IMG/VR virus record: IMGVR_UViG_2786546887_000004
Length of the DNA: 64,000 bases
Origin: an uncultured virus (IMG/VR IMGVR_UViG_2786546887_000004)
Taxonomy: Duplodnaviria; Heunggongvirae; Uroviricota; Caudoviricetes
Strand: one strand, 5' to 3'
A program made the translations under genes and the position numbers. The notes under the pieces were generated by a model. That model had not been told where the DNA came from and ran no database searches. It saw only the letters and a list, made by a program, of their open reading frames with translations. This document shows positions 46,675 to 56,762 of this stretch, piece after piece (positions within the stretch are counted from its first letter, which is position 1; each line of letters begins with the position of its first letter).

Positions 46675-47993
46675 ATTGGTAATACACTTGTTCTTGCTTC
46701 TCTAAAATAGTCTAATTCTTTTTTTGCAAAACACCATACATTCTCTATATATGTCTTATTCATAAACTCTTGTTTTGCCTCTTCACTTTCAAACAACTTA
46801 TCTGATTTAGGTCTTTGCATAATTCTCATTCCTATTTGACCTATAAAATGTTCTTTTAAACTTGCAACTAATTCATCACAACTTTTGTGTCTGTGATTTT
46901 TTACTTTAGGATCCATGATGTTTATAAACATATGACCTGTTGATGATAATGAATTAAATGTATTTTTAGAAACTGGTAAATAGAAATCATCACGCCATTT
47001 ATTATATTCATTAAACTTATGCCATGATTGATCTTCTTCATGTTCACCACCTTTGTTATACTCTTCAGTAGANAAGTATGGTGGACTTGTAAAAGCACAA
47101 TCAATATCTGTAATTTCATCCCAAGGTAAATCTTCAGCACCACATCTATATATCTTTACAAACTTACGACCTGACATTACAAAATAATTTCTACCTTGAC
47201 TATCAACTCTTTCATCTACATCAGCACCATTACCTAATAACTCTTCGTAGAACACACATTGTTCCATGTATTGTTCGTATGTATTAGGATTAGGATCACA
47301 ACCATAATATTGTGTTGCATTACTAGCATAAAAACCTGCAAGTCTATCGCCCCAACCACATGAAGTATCTAATACTCTGCCTGCTTTAGTCATATCATAA
47401 ATTGTTTTTGCAACATTAGGTTTAAATTGTGTTGCGATATATGTACCTAATCTAAATGCACTTAAATAACTTGCCTCACTTAATTGACCACCTCTTAACT
47501 CTTCTTTGCCATCAACCATAACTTTTTTCATATCGTTAATACCACGCCATATAGGACCTAGACAACGCCATATATCTTTTGCATTACCATTTTGCCATAC
47601 ATCTAAAGGTGCTTTGAAACTATAACTAGAACAATTTAATCTAGTTTTTTGATGAAAGTAATTTGATATATTATTAAATGTTGATGGTGCGTCTATGATA
47701 CCTAAACCAAATGTGTTATATGGATTTTCATAGTCATCATATTTTTCCATTACATTATCTACATCTACTTTTAAATATTTCGCTGTATCAAACTTTTGTA
47801 AATCTTTAAAATCATTTCTTACATCATCTTTTGTAATTTTTTTCAAAGGAAATATTGGTCTTTCTTTTTCAATATATGCAGCCAAGTCTTCTCTAAATTT
47901 TTCTTTACCNATTTCGTTTGTATAACGCTCAAATGTAATTTGATCCATTATAGGTAACTTATTATGATCTGCGTATTTGTACAAATAATCCAT
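46671..47993 (-). CDS. Putative DNA amino-methyltransferase (N4-C/N6-A)
   Basis: LDTSCGWG SAM-binding motif; FTSPPY catalytic motif. Confidence 0.75.
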   Translation of the reverse strand: MDYLYKYADHNKLPIMDQITFERYTNEXGKEKFREDLAAYIEKERPIFPLKKITKDDVRNDFKDLQKFDTAKYLKVDVDNVMEKYDDYENPYNTFGLGIIDAPSTFNNISNYFHQKTRLNCSSYSFKAPLDVWQNGNAKDIWRCLGPIWRGINDMKKVMVDGKEELRGGQLSEASYLSAFRLGTYIATQFKPNVAKTIYDMTKAGRVLDTSCGWGDRLAGFYASNATQYYGCDPNPNTYEQYMEQCVFYEELLGNGADVDERVDSQGRNYFVMSGRKFVKIYRCGAEDLPWDEITDIDCAFTSPPYXSTEEYNKGGEHEEDQSWHKFNEYNKWRDDFYLPVSKNTFNSLSSTGHMFINIMDPKVKNHRHKSCDELVASLKEHFIGQIGMRIMQRPKSDKLFESEEAKQEFMNKTYIENVWCFAKKELDYFREARTSVLPI

Positions 47994-47998
47994 ACTAT

Positions 47999-48027
47999 AT
48001 TATATCATTTCTAGTTAAATTTGTCAA
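47999..48027 (-). promoter_or_regulatory. Consensus sigma70 promoter (probably leaderless mRNA)
   Basis: TTGACA-N17-TATAAT ending 5 nt before the ATG. Confidence 0.75.
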
Positions 48028-48574
48028 CTTGNTTTCCCCAAACATCCCAACCTGGCATAGATGTTCTGGCAAATAACTCTATACGTGGTAAATCACCACA
48101 TAATTTTACTATATCGTTTCTAATTCTATCAGGTTTTCTACTATGTTCTCTACGTTCACTTACAACTAATCTATCTACATTACCACTTACTCTTTTAGGT
48201 TTACCTTTAGTTGCAAGTATGCAAGTTTCAGTATTTGCTCTAGTCCAGTAACCTGGTCCTTTAAAATAATAATTTTTAATTCTGTCTTTGTTTGTTTTAA
48301 CCCACGTAAATCCTACCGTCTTATATGTAAAACCCCACTTCTCAACAATTGGTATTTGTTTATGTAGCAACGGGTCTGTACACCACATAAACAATACACA
48401 ATCTTTATCTGCTATATCACCAATAGGTAAATTTTCTATGTCTTTCATAGTCATAGTATTATAATGTTTTTCAGGATTGGTTTGTGCGTTTGCGTTATTC
48501 CAATTCTGAAAATGCCATGGTGGGTCGGCATATATTATATTATACTTCTTATCTTGTTTGAGTGTGTGGTCCAT
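48011..48574 (-). CDS. MT-A70 family adenine methyltransferase
   Basis: IYADPPW, LFMW, FTWVK, EHSRKP, ELFAR; start reassigned to MDHTL. Confidence 0.9.
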   Translation of the reverse strand: MDHTLKQDKKYNIIYADPPWHFQNWNNANAQTNPEKHYNTMTMKDIENLPIGDIADKDCVLFMWCTDPLLHKQIPIVEKWGFTYKTVGFTWVKTNKDRIKNYYFKGPGYWTRANTETCILATKGKPKRVSGNVDRLVVSERREHSRKPDRIRNDIVKLCGDLPRIELFARTSMPGWDVWGXQVDKFN

Positions 48575-49106
48575 GTAAATAAGCCAACATATTTTCTGGT
48601 GTAGTTTGTTCATATGGATCATCATCAACACCATCATTATTGATACCTGGTTCTTGCCACCATTTTTCAATAACACCATCGTTGATTACAGCCATAAATC
48701 GCCAACTTCTATTACCAAAGCCTAAATGGTTCTTACCGATCAACATACCTAAAAATCTAGTCATGTTTCCTGATCCGTCAGGTATAACTTTGACTTTACA
48801 TATATTCATCTTCTCTGCCCAAGCGTTCATTACAAACGAGTCATTAACACTCATACAATAAACTTCATCTATTTTCAATCCTTTTATATTGTCATAGTTA
48901 TATTCAAAACCTGGTAATTGTTTTGATGAGCAGGTTGGTGTAAATGCGCCTGGTAAACTAAACAAAATTACTCTCTTACCTTTGAAGTAATCATCTGTTG
49001 TTTTATCTACCCAAGCACCACCGATAGGACATCCACCATCTTCTGGTGCTTGATCTCCTGTTCTTACTTTAAATGTTACCTTTGGTAACTTCACGCCTTC
49101 ACGCAT
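48549..49106 (-). CDS. Peroxiredoxin (Prx5/type II)
   Basis: PGAFTPTCS, SVNDSFVMNAW, PDGSG, RSWR. Confidence 0.93.
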   Translation of the reverse strand: MREGVKLPKVTFKVRTGDQAPEDGGCPIGGAWVDKTTDDYFKGKRVILFSLPGAFTPTCSSKQLPGFEYNYDNIKGLKIDEVYCMSVNDSFVMNAWAEKMNICKVKVIPDGSGNMTRFLGMLIGKNHLGFGNRSWRFMAVINDGVIEKWWQEPGINNDGVDDDPYEQTTPENMLAYLHGPHTQTR

Positions 49107-49264
49107 TATAGTCCTCCTTGAGTTAAACTTGATGTCATCATTTTTATAAAAAACATCATTATCAAAAATCTACTAATTGGTATATCACTAACGGCTGCAA
49201 TATACATACCGAAAGAAAAACTCCAATGTAGAACTATTAATAATATTATTATACCTGTTATCAT
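49106..49264 (-). CDS. Small membrane protein (52 aa, not in ORF track)
   Basis: MITGIIILLIVLHWSFSFGMYIAAV...; ATGA and TAATG overlaps at its two ends. Confidence 0.6.
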   Translation of the reverse strand: MITGIIILLIVLHWSFSFGMYIAAVSDIPISRFLIMMFFIKMMTSSLTQGGL

Positions 49265-51750
49265 GTAAAGAAACTTTCTAAGGTTGCTTCTTTCTCTAGT
49301 TTCCAGTTGATAGCATTTAAGATAAATTTTAGTGGATCTGTAAATGTCTTTTCAAACTGACCATCATAATCTACATATTGTTTTAATTTAAACTCTCTAG
49401 GTAGATATGTTGAAAAAGAAATAACCGTATCTTTTACAGAGTTAGGTAGTTTTAACATTAAAAATTTTATTTTATCACCCTCTTTAATTACAGGATATCT
49501 TTGTTCTAAATTGTGTTTATGTAAATAGTGATTGTAAAGCAAAGAACCTTTTACATGAATAGGTGTGCCTTTCTTATAAATCTGTGACGGATCAATATAC
49601 TTTTCTAAATTATTACAAGACCTAGGAAACGCAACACTTTCAGGACTTAAATTTCTAAATTGTGTTTTAAAATCTGCAACAAACTTAATCAAATCATCTT
49701 CACTTTGATTCATAATAACTCGTATTGCCTCTTTAATTTTACCTCTACAAACTTCAGGCGTAGAAGACTTGACGGCTTCAACACCCATAACTTTTAGTTT
49801 AGGATATTCATATCTAACGCCTTCTTCATCAAACATATTTAAGATATATCTTTTCTTAGCAATCCATATGCCTTTATTAGCAATTGCTTCTCGTTTCATA
49901 ATCATTTTTTGTTCATAGGCATTTACGTATTCTGCAAGATTTTCAAAACTCTTATCAATAACTTTTTGTATCTTCTCTTCAGCAGCCTTGTTTAAGAAAT
50001 CTGTAATCTGTTGAGTTGTTTTATCTTTACAAGTTTTTTGTACTAATTCATCTAATCTTAAATAGATTGAATCAGTATCAGACGCAACAACATAATTTTT
50101 ATTCTCNGTGCCTAATACTTTATTCATAAACTTGTTTATATCTTTTTCTATCCAACGAATAGTTAACTGACCACCCATAGTAATCGCCTCTGCCTGGTTC
50201 TTTTCAAAGTATCTAAAGTATTGATTGCCGATTGCACCGTAAGCAGAGTTTAAAGATATTTTCTTTGCCATTTGTATATTATGACATCTACTAATTTCTT
50301 TTTTGTAAATAGGGTCTTTTGTTTTTTCATATTCTTGTTTTGCTTTTATCATCTTCTTTTTGAAGACAACTCTGGCGTCATAATTCTTTTTCATCAACTC
50401 AGGTAAGAAACCTTGTATATCTCTTCTAAACAAAGCACCATTAGGCGCAATAGTTAAGTTTTTTTCTTTTAACCATTTAAGATTAAACTTTTGATTTAGA
50501 TAATTTTCTACACCTATATTTTTAGGTTCTACACCTACATAAGTTTCAGGACTATTATTGTATTGCATAATTAAATGAGGATACAAACTATTTAAATCGA
50601 AAGAAACAATCCATTTATGCAATCCTAATTGTGGGTCTTTTACATATGCACCTTCGAATTGTGTTGCCTTATCATGGTCTTCTCTTGGTGGTATTGCAAT
50701 TTTCTTTTTATGTAAATGATTATAGATTAAAGTATCCCAACATCTTACTTGCGAATAAACATCTGTATAATTAACTTTAAAGTCATATGCCATAGTTAAG
50801 CATAGATCAATCAAACCCATTTTATCTTCTAGTCTATCAACTAATTCTACATCTTGGATATTATACTCAACAAACTTTTGATAATCATTTGTATAAAACT
50901 CTTTAAATGTGTCGTATGGATTATCTAATTTAGATTCACCTAATTCTACTTTTGCAATGTAATTAAGTTTATAAGACTCTTGTCTAACATAGGTAAACTT
51001 TTTATATAAATCAAAATAATCTAATACAGATATGCCTAACATATTCCAGTATTGTTGATTCTTTGTTCCTAATTGTATTCGTTCAGCNTTAACATAATTC
51101 CAAGGCGACATTTTATTAATNGTGTCATTNTCAAATATTGTTCTCATTCTATTCATTAGATANGGTATGTCAAAGAACTTAACATTCCAACCAGTGACAA
51201 TATCAGGATGATTTTTACACCAGAACTTTAGAAACTCTAATAATAAATGTTTTTCGTTTTCACATTTGATATAGGTCACATTTGATTTCTTTGTTAAGAA
51301 GTCGCCAGTACCCCAAGTTATGATTTGTTTATTACTATGATTTTTAACCGTGATACAAATAATAGGTTCTCTTGCAGTATCAGGATCAGGAAAACCATGT
51401 TCACATTCACACTCTAAATCAAGCGTAAAAATTTTAATTTTATCTTTGTCCCATTGTATGTCTTTAGGATATTCGTTTGCGATATACTGATAATTATATC
51501 TTGTCATGCCATATACTTTAAACTCAGGCATAGACTTATATGTTTCAATAAATTGTTTTGCTTTTACTATACTACCAAACTTCTTATCTGTGACGTTTTT
51601 ACCATCAAGTGTTTTAAATTCAGTATTGTTTTTTGTAGGTATGAATAGAGTAGGTTCATAATTAATTCTACTTAAATATGATTGTCCGTTTGCAACACCT
51701 CTAATAAGAAGTTTACCTCTATATTCTATAACATTTGTGTAAAAATTCAT
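49261..51750 (-). CDS. Family B DNA polymerase (T4 gp43-like)
   Basis: Exo DLEC; SFDLNSLYP; KISLNSAYG; SDTDS; KKRY. Confidence 0.98.
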   Translation of the reverse strand: MNFYTNVIEYRGKLLIRGVANGQSYLSRINYEPTLFIPTKNNTEFKTLDGKNVTDKKFGSIVKAKQFIETYKSMPEFKVYGMTRYNYQYIANEYPKDIQWDKDKIKIFTLDLECECEHGFPDPDTAREPIICITVKNHSNKQIITWGTGDFLTKKSNVTYIKCENEKHLLLEFLKFWCKNHPDIVTGWNVKFFDIXYLMNRMRTIFXNDXINKMSPWNYVXAERIQLGTKNQQYWNMLGISVLDYFDLYKKFTYVRQESYKLNYIAKVELGESKLDNPYDTFKEFYTNDYQKFVEYNIQDVELVDRLEDKMGLIDLCLTMAYDFKVNYTDVYSQVRCWDTLIYNHLHKKKIAIPPREDHDKATQFEGAYVKDPQLGLHKWIVSFDLNSLYPHLIMQYNNSPETYVGVEPKNIGVENYLNQKFNLKWLKEKNLTIAPNGALFRRDIQGFLPELMKKNYDARVVFKKKMIKAKQEYEKTKDPIYKKEISRCHNIQMAKKISLNSAYGAIGNQYFRYFEKNQAEAITMGGQLTIRWIEKDINKFMNKVLGXENKNYVVASDTDSIYLRLDELVQKTCKDKTTQQITDFLNKAAEEKIQKVIDKSFENLAEYVNAYEQKMIMKREAIANKGIWIAKKRYILNMFDEEGVRYEYPKLKVMGVEAVKSSTPEVCRGKIKEAIRVIMNQSEDDLIKFVADFKTQFRNLSPESVAFPRSCNNLEKYIDPSQIYKKGTPIHVKGSLLYNHYLHKHNLEQRYPVIKEGDKIKFLMLKLPNSVKDTVISFSTYLPREFKLKQYVDYDGQFEKTFTDPLKFILNAINWKLEKEATLESFFT

Positions 51751-51757
51751 TATCTAT

Positions 51758-51786
51758 ATTATACTTCACTTTTTCAAAAAAGTCAA
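51758..51786 (-). promoter_or_regulatory. sigma70-type promoter for the DNA polymerase
   Basis: TTGACT-N17-TATAAT. Confidence 0.75.
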
Positions 51787-51791
51787 ATTGA

Positions 51792-52124
51792 CTATGTTGG
51801 TATCTTAACCGTAAGTCCATCNTGTTTTTTTTCTAAAAATATTTGACANGATAATCTACTATTATCTTTTGCCAAGGGTTCATAATCTAATAATTCTTGT
51901 TCGGCACTATTATTTTTAATCTTGCCTGTCTTTTTAATCCAGTCNTCTTCTACTATNACATGACAAGTGGCACATGAACAACAACCACTACAATCAGCAT
52001 ANATTTCATCAATAGNTTCTGGTGCATAATCTCTTGCAGCCTCCATTAATGTTCTGCCTGGGTCTACCTCTACTTCAACTTTACGACCATCTTGTTGAAT
52101 AAAATATACTTTTATTTTCTCCAT
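51792..52124 (-). CDS. fdx: 2Fe-2S ferredoxin (adrenodoxin/Fdx type)
   Basis: C-S-G-C-C-S-C-A-T-C-H...SRLxCQ. Confidence 0.88.
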   Translation of the reverse strand: MEKIKVYFIQQDGRKVEVEVDPGRTLMEAARDYAPEXIDEXYADCSGCCSCATCHXIVEXDWIKKTGKIKNNSAEQELLDYEPLAKDNSRLXCQIFLEKKXDGLTVKIPT

Positions 52125-52717
52125 ATAAATGTTTTATCAAAAAAGGATATTGGGTTATCTATTTTATTTCGTTCTCTAAATTCTGCTATGCCTAATTTTA
52201 CTACATTTAAATGTGTATCGTGTCCTGCAAATAGACCACCTTTTTTAACTTTAGGATACCATGTTTCTAAACTATCTATAATCTCTTTATGATTTGTATA
52301 GTTATCTACAAACACAAAATCTAAACTCTCATCATCAAATTTTTTTGAAGCTTCTATATGGTCTTCTTCTATAATCTTTGCCTTATCTTTATGGCCTGAA
52401 AATTTTATAGAGTGATAAGCACTTAACTTAATACTCTCTATTTGTTTTTCATCATAGATAGCATCCACATTTTTCATATCATAATTTTCAATAAGATAAT
52501 CTGTATATGGTTNGTATCTATCTATACCATAAAGTAATTTTATATTAGGACAATTTTGAAGTAATGTGCAAAAAGATTTAGCGAAGAATACACCTACCTC
52601 AACACCTACAAGGTCTTTGCCTTGAAGGTTTATACAATGTACAATACTTTGTATATCACATTGCTTGTTGTCAATGTAATTGTAGTATTTTGATCTAGGT
52701 TTGCCTAATTGTTCCAT
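52112..52717 (-). CDS. Class I SAM-dependent methyltransferase
   Basis: VEVGVF, YGID, LDFVFVD, GGLFAGHD. Confidence 0.8.
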   Translation of the reverse strand: MEQLGKPRSKYYNYIDNKQCDIQSIVHCINLQGKDLVGVEVGVFFAKSFCTLLQNCPNIKLLYGIDRYXPYTDYLIENYDMKNVDAIYDEKQIESIKLSAYHSIKFSGHKDKAKIIEEDHIEASKKFDDESLDFVFVDNYTNHKEIIDSLETWYPKVKKGGLFAGHDTHLNVVKLGIAEFRERNKIDNPISFFDKTFIWRK

Positions 52718-53034
52718 TACACTATCAATTTTGGTTTTGCCGATTTAATTGTGCTTGTGTTTTGCTCATAAGCCTCTTTAATCTTATCATCTGGATTAGT
52801 AATTGTAATTATATTTGCTTGTTTAATTTTAATTACTTTGTCCTCAGTATAAGGTATGTACGGATGAAAACCAATAGTCGCCTGTCCTGTACCTTGTCTC
52901 ATTGGTATTAGTACAAATGGTCGATCTATGTATTGATAGTCTATGTGGTTTGTTTCTTCACCATCAACATTGGCGTCTGTCAGTTGTTTACCTATAAGGT
53001 CCTCACCTGTTGTCAGCCTATATAACTTAATCAT
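52717..53034 (-). CDS. Conserved small beta-barrel (Sm-like) protein
   Basis: IKLYRLTTGEDLIG motif common in T4-like phages. Confidence 0.6.
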   Translation of the reverse strand: MIKLYRLTTGEDLIGKQLTDANVDGEETNHIDYQYIDRPFVLIPMRQGTGQATIGFHPYIPYTEDKVIKIKQANIITITNPDDKIKEAYEQNTSTIKSAKPKLIV

Positions 53035-53054
53035 AATATATCCTCACTAGTTAA

Positions 53055-53498
53055 TTATTTAACTTCTTCTTTTTTNTCTTCTGCTTTTTTACCAATATTA
53101 TATTTTGCTTGTAAGTTCCATTCTTTCTTATCTTTGAAAGCAATTATTTTTATCTGTGATAAAGGTGCTTTGTTTTCTAATTCTTCTGGTCTTACTACCG
53201 ATAGTAAACTCCAGTCTTGTAATAAAGCACTAATTGTATTTCTTCTCTGAATATCATTGATAGATAGAGTAGCAGTTTTACCATCTAAAGCAAACAACTC
53301 TTTAAAGTGTACAATATAATATTTACCTTGTTTATGTAAAATGTGGCAAGATTGAAATAGAGTTTTATCTTTTCTACTTGCAACACCAATACGAGATAAG
53401 GTCTCTCGTATCTTTAAAAAGTCATCTGGTTGTTTGAGTGTAACCTCTAACATATTTTCAGGTGACCAATTTAATTTTTCTTCACTCATGTTTCCCAC
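53055..53498 (-). CDS. regA: Translational repressor RegA
   Basis: DDFLKIRETLSRIG, QSCHILHKQGKYYIVHFKELF. Confidence 0.95.
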   Translation of the reverse strand: MGNMSEEKLNWSPENMLEVTLKQPDDFLKIRETLSRIGVASRKDKTLFQSCHILHKQGKYYIVHFKELFALDGKTATLSINDIQRRNTISALLQDWSLLSVVRPEELENKAPLSQIKIIAFKDKKEWNLQAKYNIGKKAEXKKEEVK

Positions 53499-53898
53499 CT
53501 ACTGACACTTTTTTAATTATAGTGCCTTGTTGTTCTTTTGATAATATGTCTAAAGCCACTCTTGCTTTCTCGTTGCTATAGCCATAATATTTTTTGATAG
53601 CGTCAAATGCCTTTGATCTGTTAGTGGTTGCCCACTTACTACCAAATCGTCTCATTCTTCTAATACTATTTATGAAAAAATGAAATTGTAATCTGTTAGA
53701 TATATTTGCTCTTTGATTCATCTCATTAACGATATAAATCAGCTCTTTGTGATAAGATAAACATCTGTTGACTACAAAGGCAGGATATTTCTTTTCCCAA
53801 AATGGGTCTTCTTTATTTTCCAATAAAGGCTCTTTAGTGTAGTTTATTGCATTAAGATATTTACTTAATGAATAAATCTCATTATATTTTTTCTTCAT
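53482..53898 (-). CDS. Clamp loader small subunit (gp62-like)
   Basis: VNRCLS, NEMN, YYGYSNEKA; synteny with gp44 and regA. Confidence 0.88.
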   Translation of the reverse strand: MKKKYNEIYSLSKYLNAINYTKEPLLENKEDPFWEKKYPAFVVNRCLSYHKELIYIVNEMNQRANISNRLQFHFFINSIRRMRRFGSKWATTNRSKAFDAIKKYYGYSNEKARVALDILSKEQQGTIIKKVSVGGKHE

Positions 53899-54038
53899 TT
53901 TTTTCGTTTATTATGTCTGCCCATATACCAATCACCAGGTTCATAATTGTATCTTTTACCATGATGACCACGAATATCTGCATACCACATTCTCAATTTT
54001 ACTATCATTCTAACAAACGGATTATGACTAATTATCAT
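53895..54038 (-). CDS. Small basic protein (47 aa, not in ORF track)
   Basis: MIISHNPFVRMIVKLRMWYADIRGHHGKRYNYEPGDWYMGRHNKRKK; ATGA overlaps at both ends. Confidence 0.7.
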   Translation of the reverse strand: MIISHNPFVRMIVKLRMWYADIRGHHGKRYNYEPGDWYMGRHNKRKK

Positions 54039-54982
54039 TTCTTAAATTCGCACCTTTGCATTACTTCAGTTAAACAAGCCACAATATTTATCTCGTGGTC
54101 AGCTACAAAAGCGGATTTATATTGGTAATCAGCAATAATTAATACTGCTAGAGGTATTGTTTTAGGCACTAGTGATTTGTATAATGCCTCATATAGATTT
54201 GTAAATAGAGACGCAGGTTCTTTATCTAGGTTTTGTACGACCCATTGTCTCATTTTACCAAACTCTTTGTTCTTTAATAGATTAATTAACTCTTTTGTAT
54301 GTATTTCTGAAAGAGATACTAGAATACCTGTATCTATCTTACCTCTTACTGAATATCTTTGTAATTCATTAATCGTTCTTCTAAAGTCTGGATAGTGTTT
54401 TTGAATTAACTCTGCTAATACTTTCTTATCATATTCTAAATGTTCTTGTTCTAATAGATAACAAAGTCTTTTTAAAAGTGCTGTAGCAGTTTTGACTTTT
54501 TGGCCATTGTGTATCTCAAAATCAATAACCGTAGTACGACTTTGTAAAGCAGGTAGTATTTTGTTTTTGTAATTACAAGTAAAAATAAATCTACAATTCT
54601 TGTAAAATGTTTCTATAAAGTTTCTTAACGCAGGNTGAACCGTCTCAGCATTCATGTAATCTGCCTCGTCAAGTATTACAACTTTATGATTTGAAGACTC
54701 TTCTAACGATACTGAAGACGCAAAGTTTTTAATTTGATTTCTTAGCGTATCAATATGTCGGCCCTCATCTGACCCATTAATAACAAGATAATCACAACCT
54801 ATTTCTTCACACAAAGCTTTCGCCACGGTAGTCTTACCAGTACCTGCTCTGCCTGATAGTAATAGATTAGGGATTTCTTTATTATCTACAAATTTTTGAA
54901 ATGTATTTTTAAGGTCTTCACTTAAAATACAATCTTGTATTTTTCTAGGTCTGTATTTCTCAACCCATAAAAAATCTGACAT
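54035..54982 (-). CDS. Clamp loader large subunit (gp44-like)
   Basis: LWVEKYRP, GRAGTGKT, ILDEAD, LQSR. Confidence 0.95.
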   Translation of the reverse strand: MSDFLWVEKYRPRKIQDCILSEDLKNTFQKFVDNKEIPNLLLSGRAGTGKTTVAKALCEEIGCDYLVINGSDEGRHIDTLRNQIKNFASSVSLEESSNHKVVILDEADYMNAETVXPALRNFIETFYKNCRFIFTCNYKNKILPALQSRTTVIDFEIHNGQKVKTATALLKRLCYLLEQEHLEYDKKVLAELIQKHYPDFRRTINELQRYSVRGKIDTGILVSLSEIHTKELINLLKNKEFGKMRQWVVQNLDKEPASLFTNLYEALYKSLVPKTIPLAVLIIADYQYKSAFVADHEINIVACLTEVMQRCEFKK

Positions 54983-55004
54983 AATATATTCACCTCTCTT
55001 TTCA

Positions 55005-55583
55005 TTATATAAATGTTGCCACTAATGTGACTCTTCTAGTGCCTGGTTCAGGAAGTATAGCAGTATGCCATCTTAATCCATCAAACACTACAGCCGTGTC
55101 CTCACATGGCTTAATAGTTTCACCTTTCTTAATATTCTTATCTGGATAAGATTTAAACGCAGGTAAAACTGGTTTATCTTTATCATATTTAGTAGTTGAA
55201 ACTAAAGTATTACCTTTTTTAGTTTGATTAAAATAAACTAATAAAACTTTGTGATCTCTATCTGTATGATCTACATGCCAATCTGTAATAGGTGATACAC
55301 CAGCCTGAGCCATGTTAACACATATTCTAATTGGTTGAACAAAGTCTACCTTCATTTTATCGGTAATATCTTTCATCAACTCTAAACAAAGTTTAAATCC
55401 TTCTTCAGATAATATCTTACCTTCTCTATCTACAATTTCATTGCCTAGAAAAGGAAACTTTTCTGAAGTGGATACAGGAGAATAAAACCATGGGAACTTA
55501 GGATGTAAGACCCTAGACTTAATCTCGTTGTAGGATTTAAATTCAGTTAAGTTATGAAGATACTGAACTTTAGTATCTTTCAT
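55005..55583 (-). CDS. 2OG-Fe(II) oxygenase-like protein
   Basis: FPWFY, WHVD, VFDG..WH, RR. Confidence 0.75.
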   Translation of the reverse strand: MKDTKVQYLHNLTEFKSYNEIKSRVLHPKFPWFYSPVSTSEKFPFLGNEIVDREGKILSEEGFKLCLELMKDITDKMKVDFVQPIRICVNMAQAGVSPITDWHVDHTDRDHKVLLVYFNQTKKGNTLVSTTKYDKDKPVLPAFKSYPDKNIKKGETIKPCEDTAVVFDGLRWHTAILPEPGTRRVTLVATFI

Positions 55584-55584
55584 A

Positions 55585-56250
55585 TTAGAACTCCGAATCT
55601 GTCTCTAACGCAATCCAGTATTCTATATTTAATTTTTTGTTTATGAAATGAGCAATCTTTGCTTTTGATAATGCAACATCATAATCACCTGGTATTACTT
55701 TTAAATTTTCTGCCTTAATATATGCAGTAAATTCTAAATTAGTTTCGCCTACAGGCAAAGAAGACTCAGGTGCATTACTATTCTTTTTATCTAATGCAAC
55801 TATCTCAACTTTACCACCTTTACCTCTAATCGCAATATCAGGTAAAGATAATGTAGCAAACTGACCTTTAATCATATCAAAGTCTGCTTGTTTCAGGTTA
55901 AAAGTAACCGTCTTATCAGGCATTGATATTTCTTTTGATGGTGCTACTAATGTTGATTTCTCAGCAAATGGATATCTAGTTTTTAAAGATGAAGCCTCAT
56001 CTGTAATTTTTAGATTCGCTGTGCCGTTGAAATTTAATTTAGGTTTTAGGAACTTTTCGAATGATCGTAAGAACTCTGGTAAATCATAGATACCAAACTC
56101 TTGTTCAAACTCTTCATCTACTTTTGCTTTTGCCATAATGTTTTTCATTGTTGACATTGTGGCAAGTGTTTTTCCTGGTTTAAACAGAATGTTCTGGTTA
56201 ATGTCGGAAAAGTTTCTCAATATAGAGATTGTATTTTCACTTAACTTCAT
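55585..56250 (-). CDS. Sliding clamp (gp45-like)
   Basis: LRNFSDINQNI, FGIYDLPEFL, ENLKVIPGDY, YWIALE. Confidence 0.93.
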   Translation of the reverse strand: MKLSENTISILRNFSDINQNILFKPGKTLATMSTMKNIMAKAKVDEEFEQEFGIYDLPEFLRSFEKFLKPKLNFNGTANLKITDEASSLKTRYPFAEKSTLVAPSKEISMPDKTVTFNLKQADFDMIKGQFATLSLPDIAIRGKGGKVEIVALDKKNSNAPESSLPVGETNLEFTAYIKAENLKVIPGDYDVALSKAKIAHFINKKLNIEYWIALETDSEF

Positions 56251-56279
56251 ATTATATTCTCCTCATAGTTAATAGATTT

Positions 56280-56320
56280 ATTATATAATAAAAAAGGCGG
56301 GATGTCAATAGTCCCGCCTT
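56280..56320 (-). terminator. Intrinsic terminator overlapping a sigma70 promoter
   Basis: AAGGCGGGA/TCCCGCCTT stem plus T-tract; TTGACA in the loop and TATAAT 17 nt downstream. Confidence 0.8.
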
Positions 56321-56333
56321 TCTATTTAATTGA

Positions 56334-56762
56334 TTACTTAATATCAATTGTCTTCAGTTTTTTAGCGTCTGGAATAATCTTCTCCATTGACACTTTCAAT
56401 AGACCGTCTTTTAACTCAGCGCCTTTGATCTCTACATCATCAGCGATAGTAAATGATCTCTTAAAGTATCTTTGAGAGATACCTTTGTGGATCACTTCAC
56501 CATTCTTGTCTTTTTTGTCTACCTCGTTTTTAGACTCAATAGTCAACATACCGTTCTCACTAGTGATACTAATATCTTTTTTATTGAAACCTGCAAGTGC
56601 AACCTCAATATTAAATTTATTGTCACCAGTTTTTACTAGATTGTATGGTGGATAGTTTATCGTAGGTACATCAAACATAGATTCGAAATGATCGAACATA
56701 TCATCAAATCCTACTGATAGTGGTCTTAATTGATTAAAAATAGAAAGTGCTTTATTAGTCAT
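56334..56762 (-). CDS. hsp20: Small heat shock protein Hsp20
   Basis: NYPPYN, IEVALAGF, HKGISQR.F.RSF, AELKDGLL; start reassigned to MTNK (AGGAGG SD). Confidence 0.95.
   Translation of the reverse strand: MTNKALSIFNQLRPLSVGFDDMFDHFESMFDVPTINYPPYNLVKTGDNKFNIEVALAGFNKKDISITSENGMLTIESKNEVDKKDKNGEVIHKGISQRYFKRSFTIADDVEIKGAELKDGLLKVSMEKIIPDAKKLKTIDIK

Noticed and set aside
15370..51750. Introns or inteins in nrdA, nrdB, helicase, uvsX or DNA polymerase
   Set aside because: ORFs are continuous and of normal length, with no intein or homing endonuclease motifs
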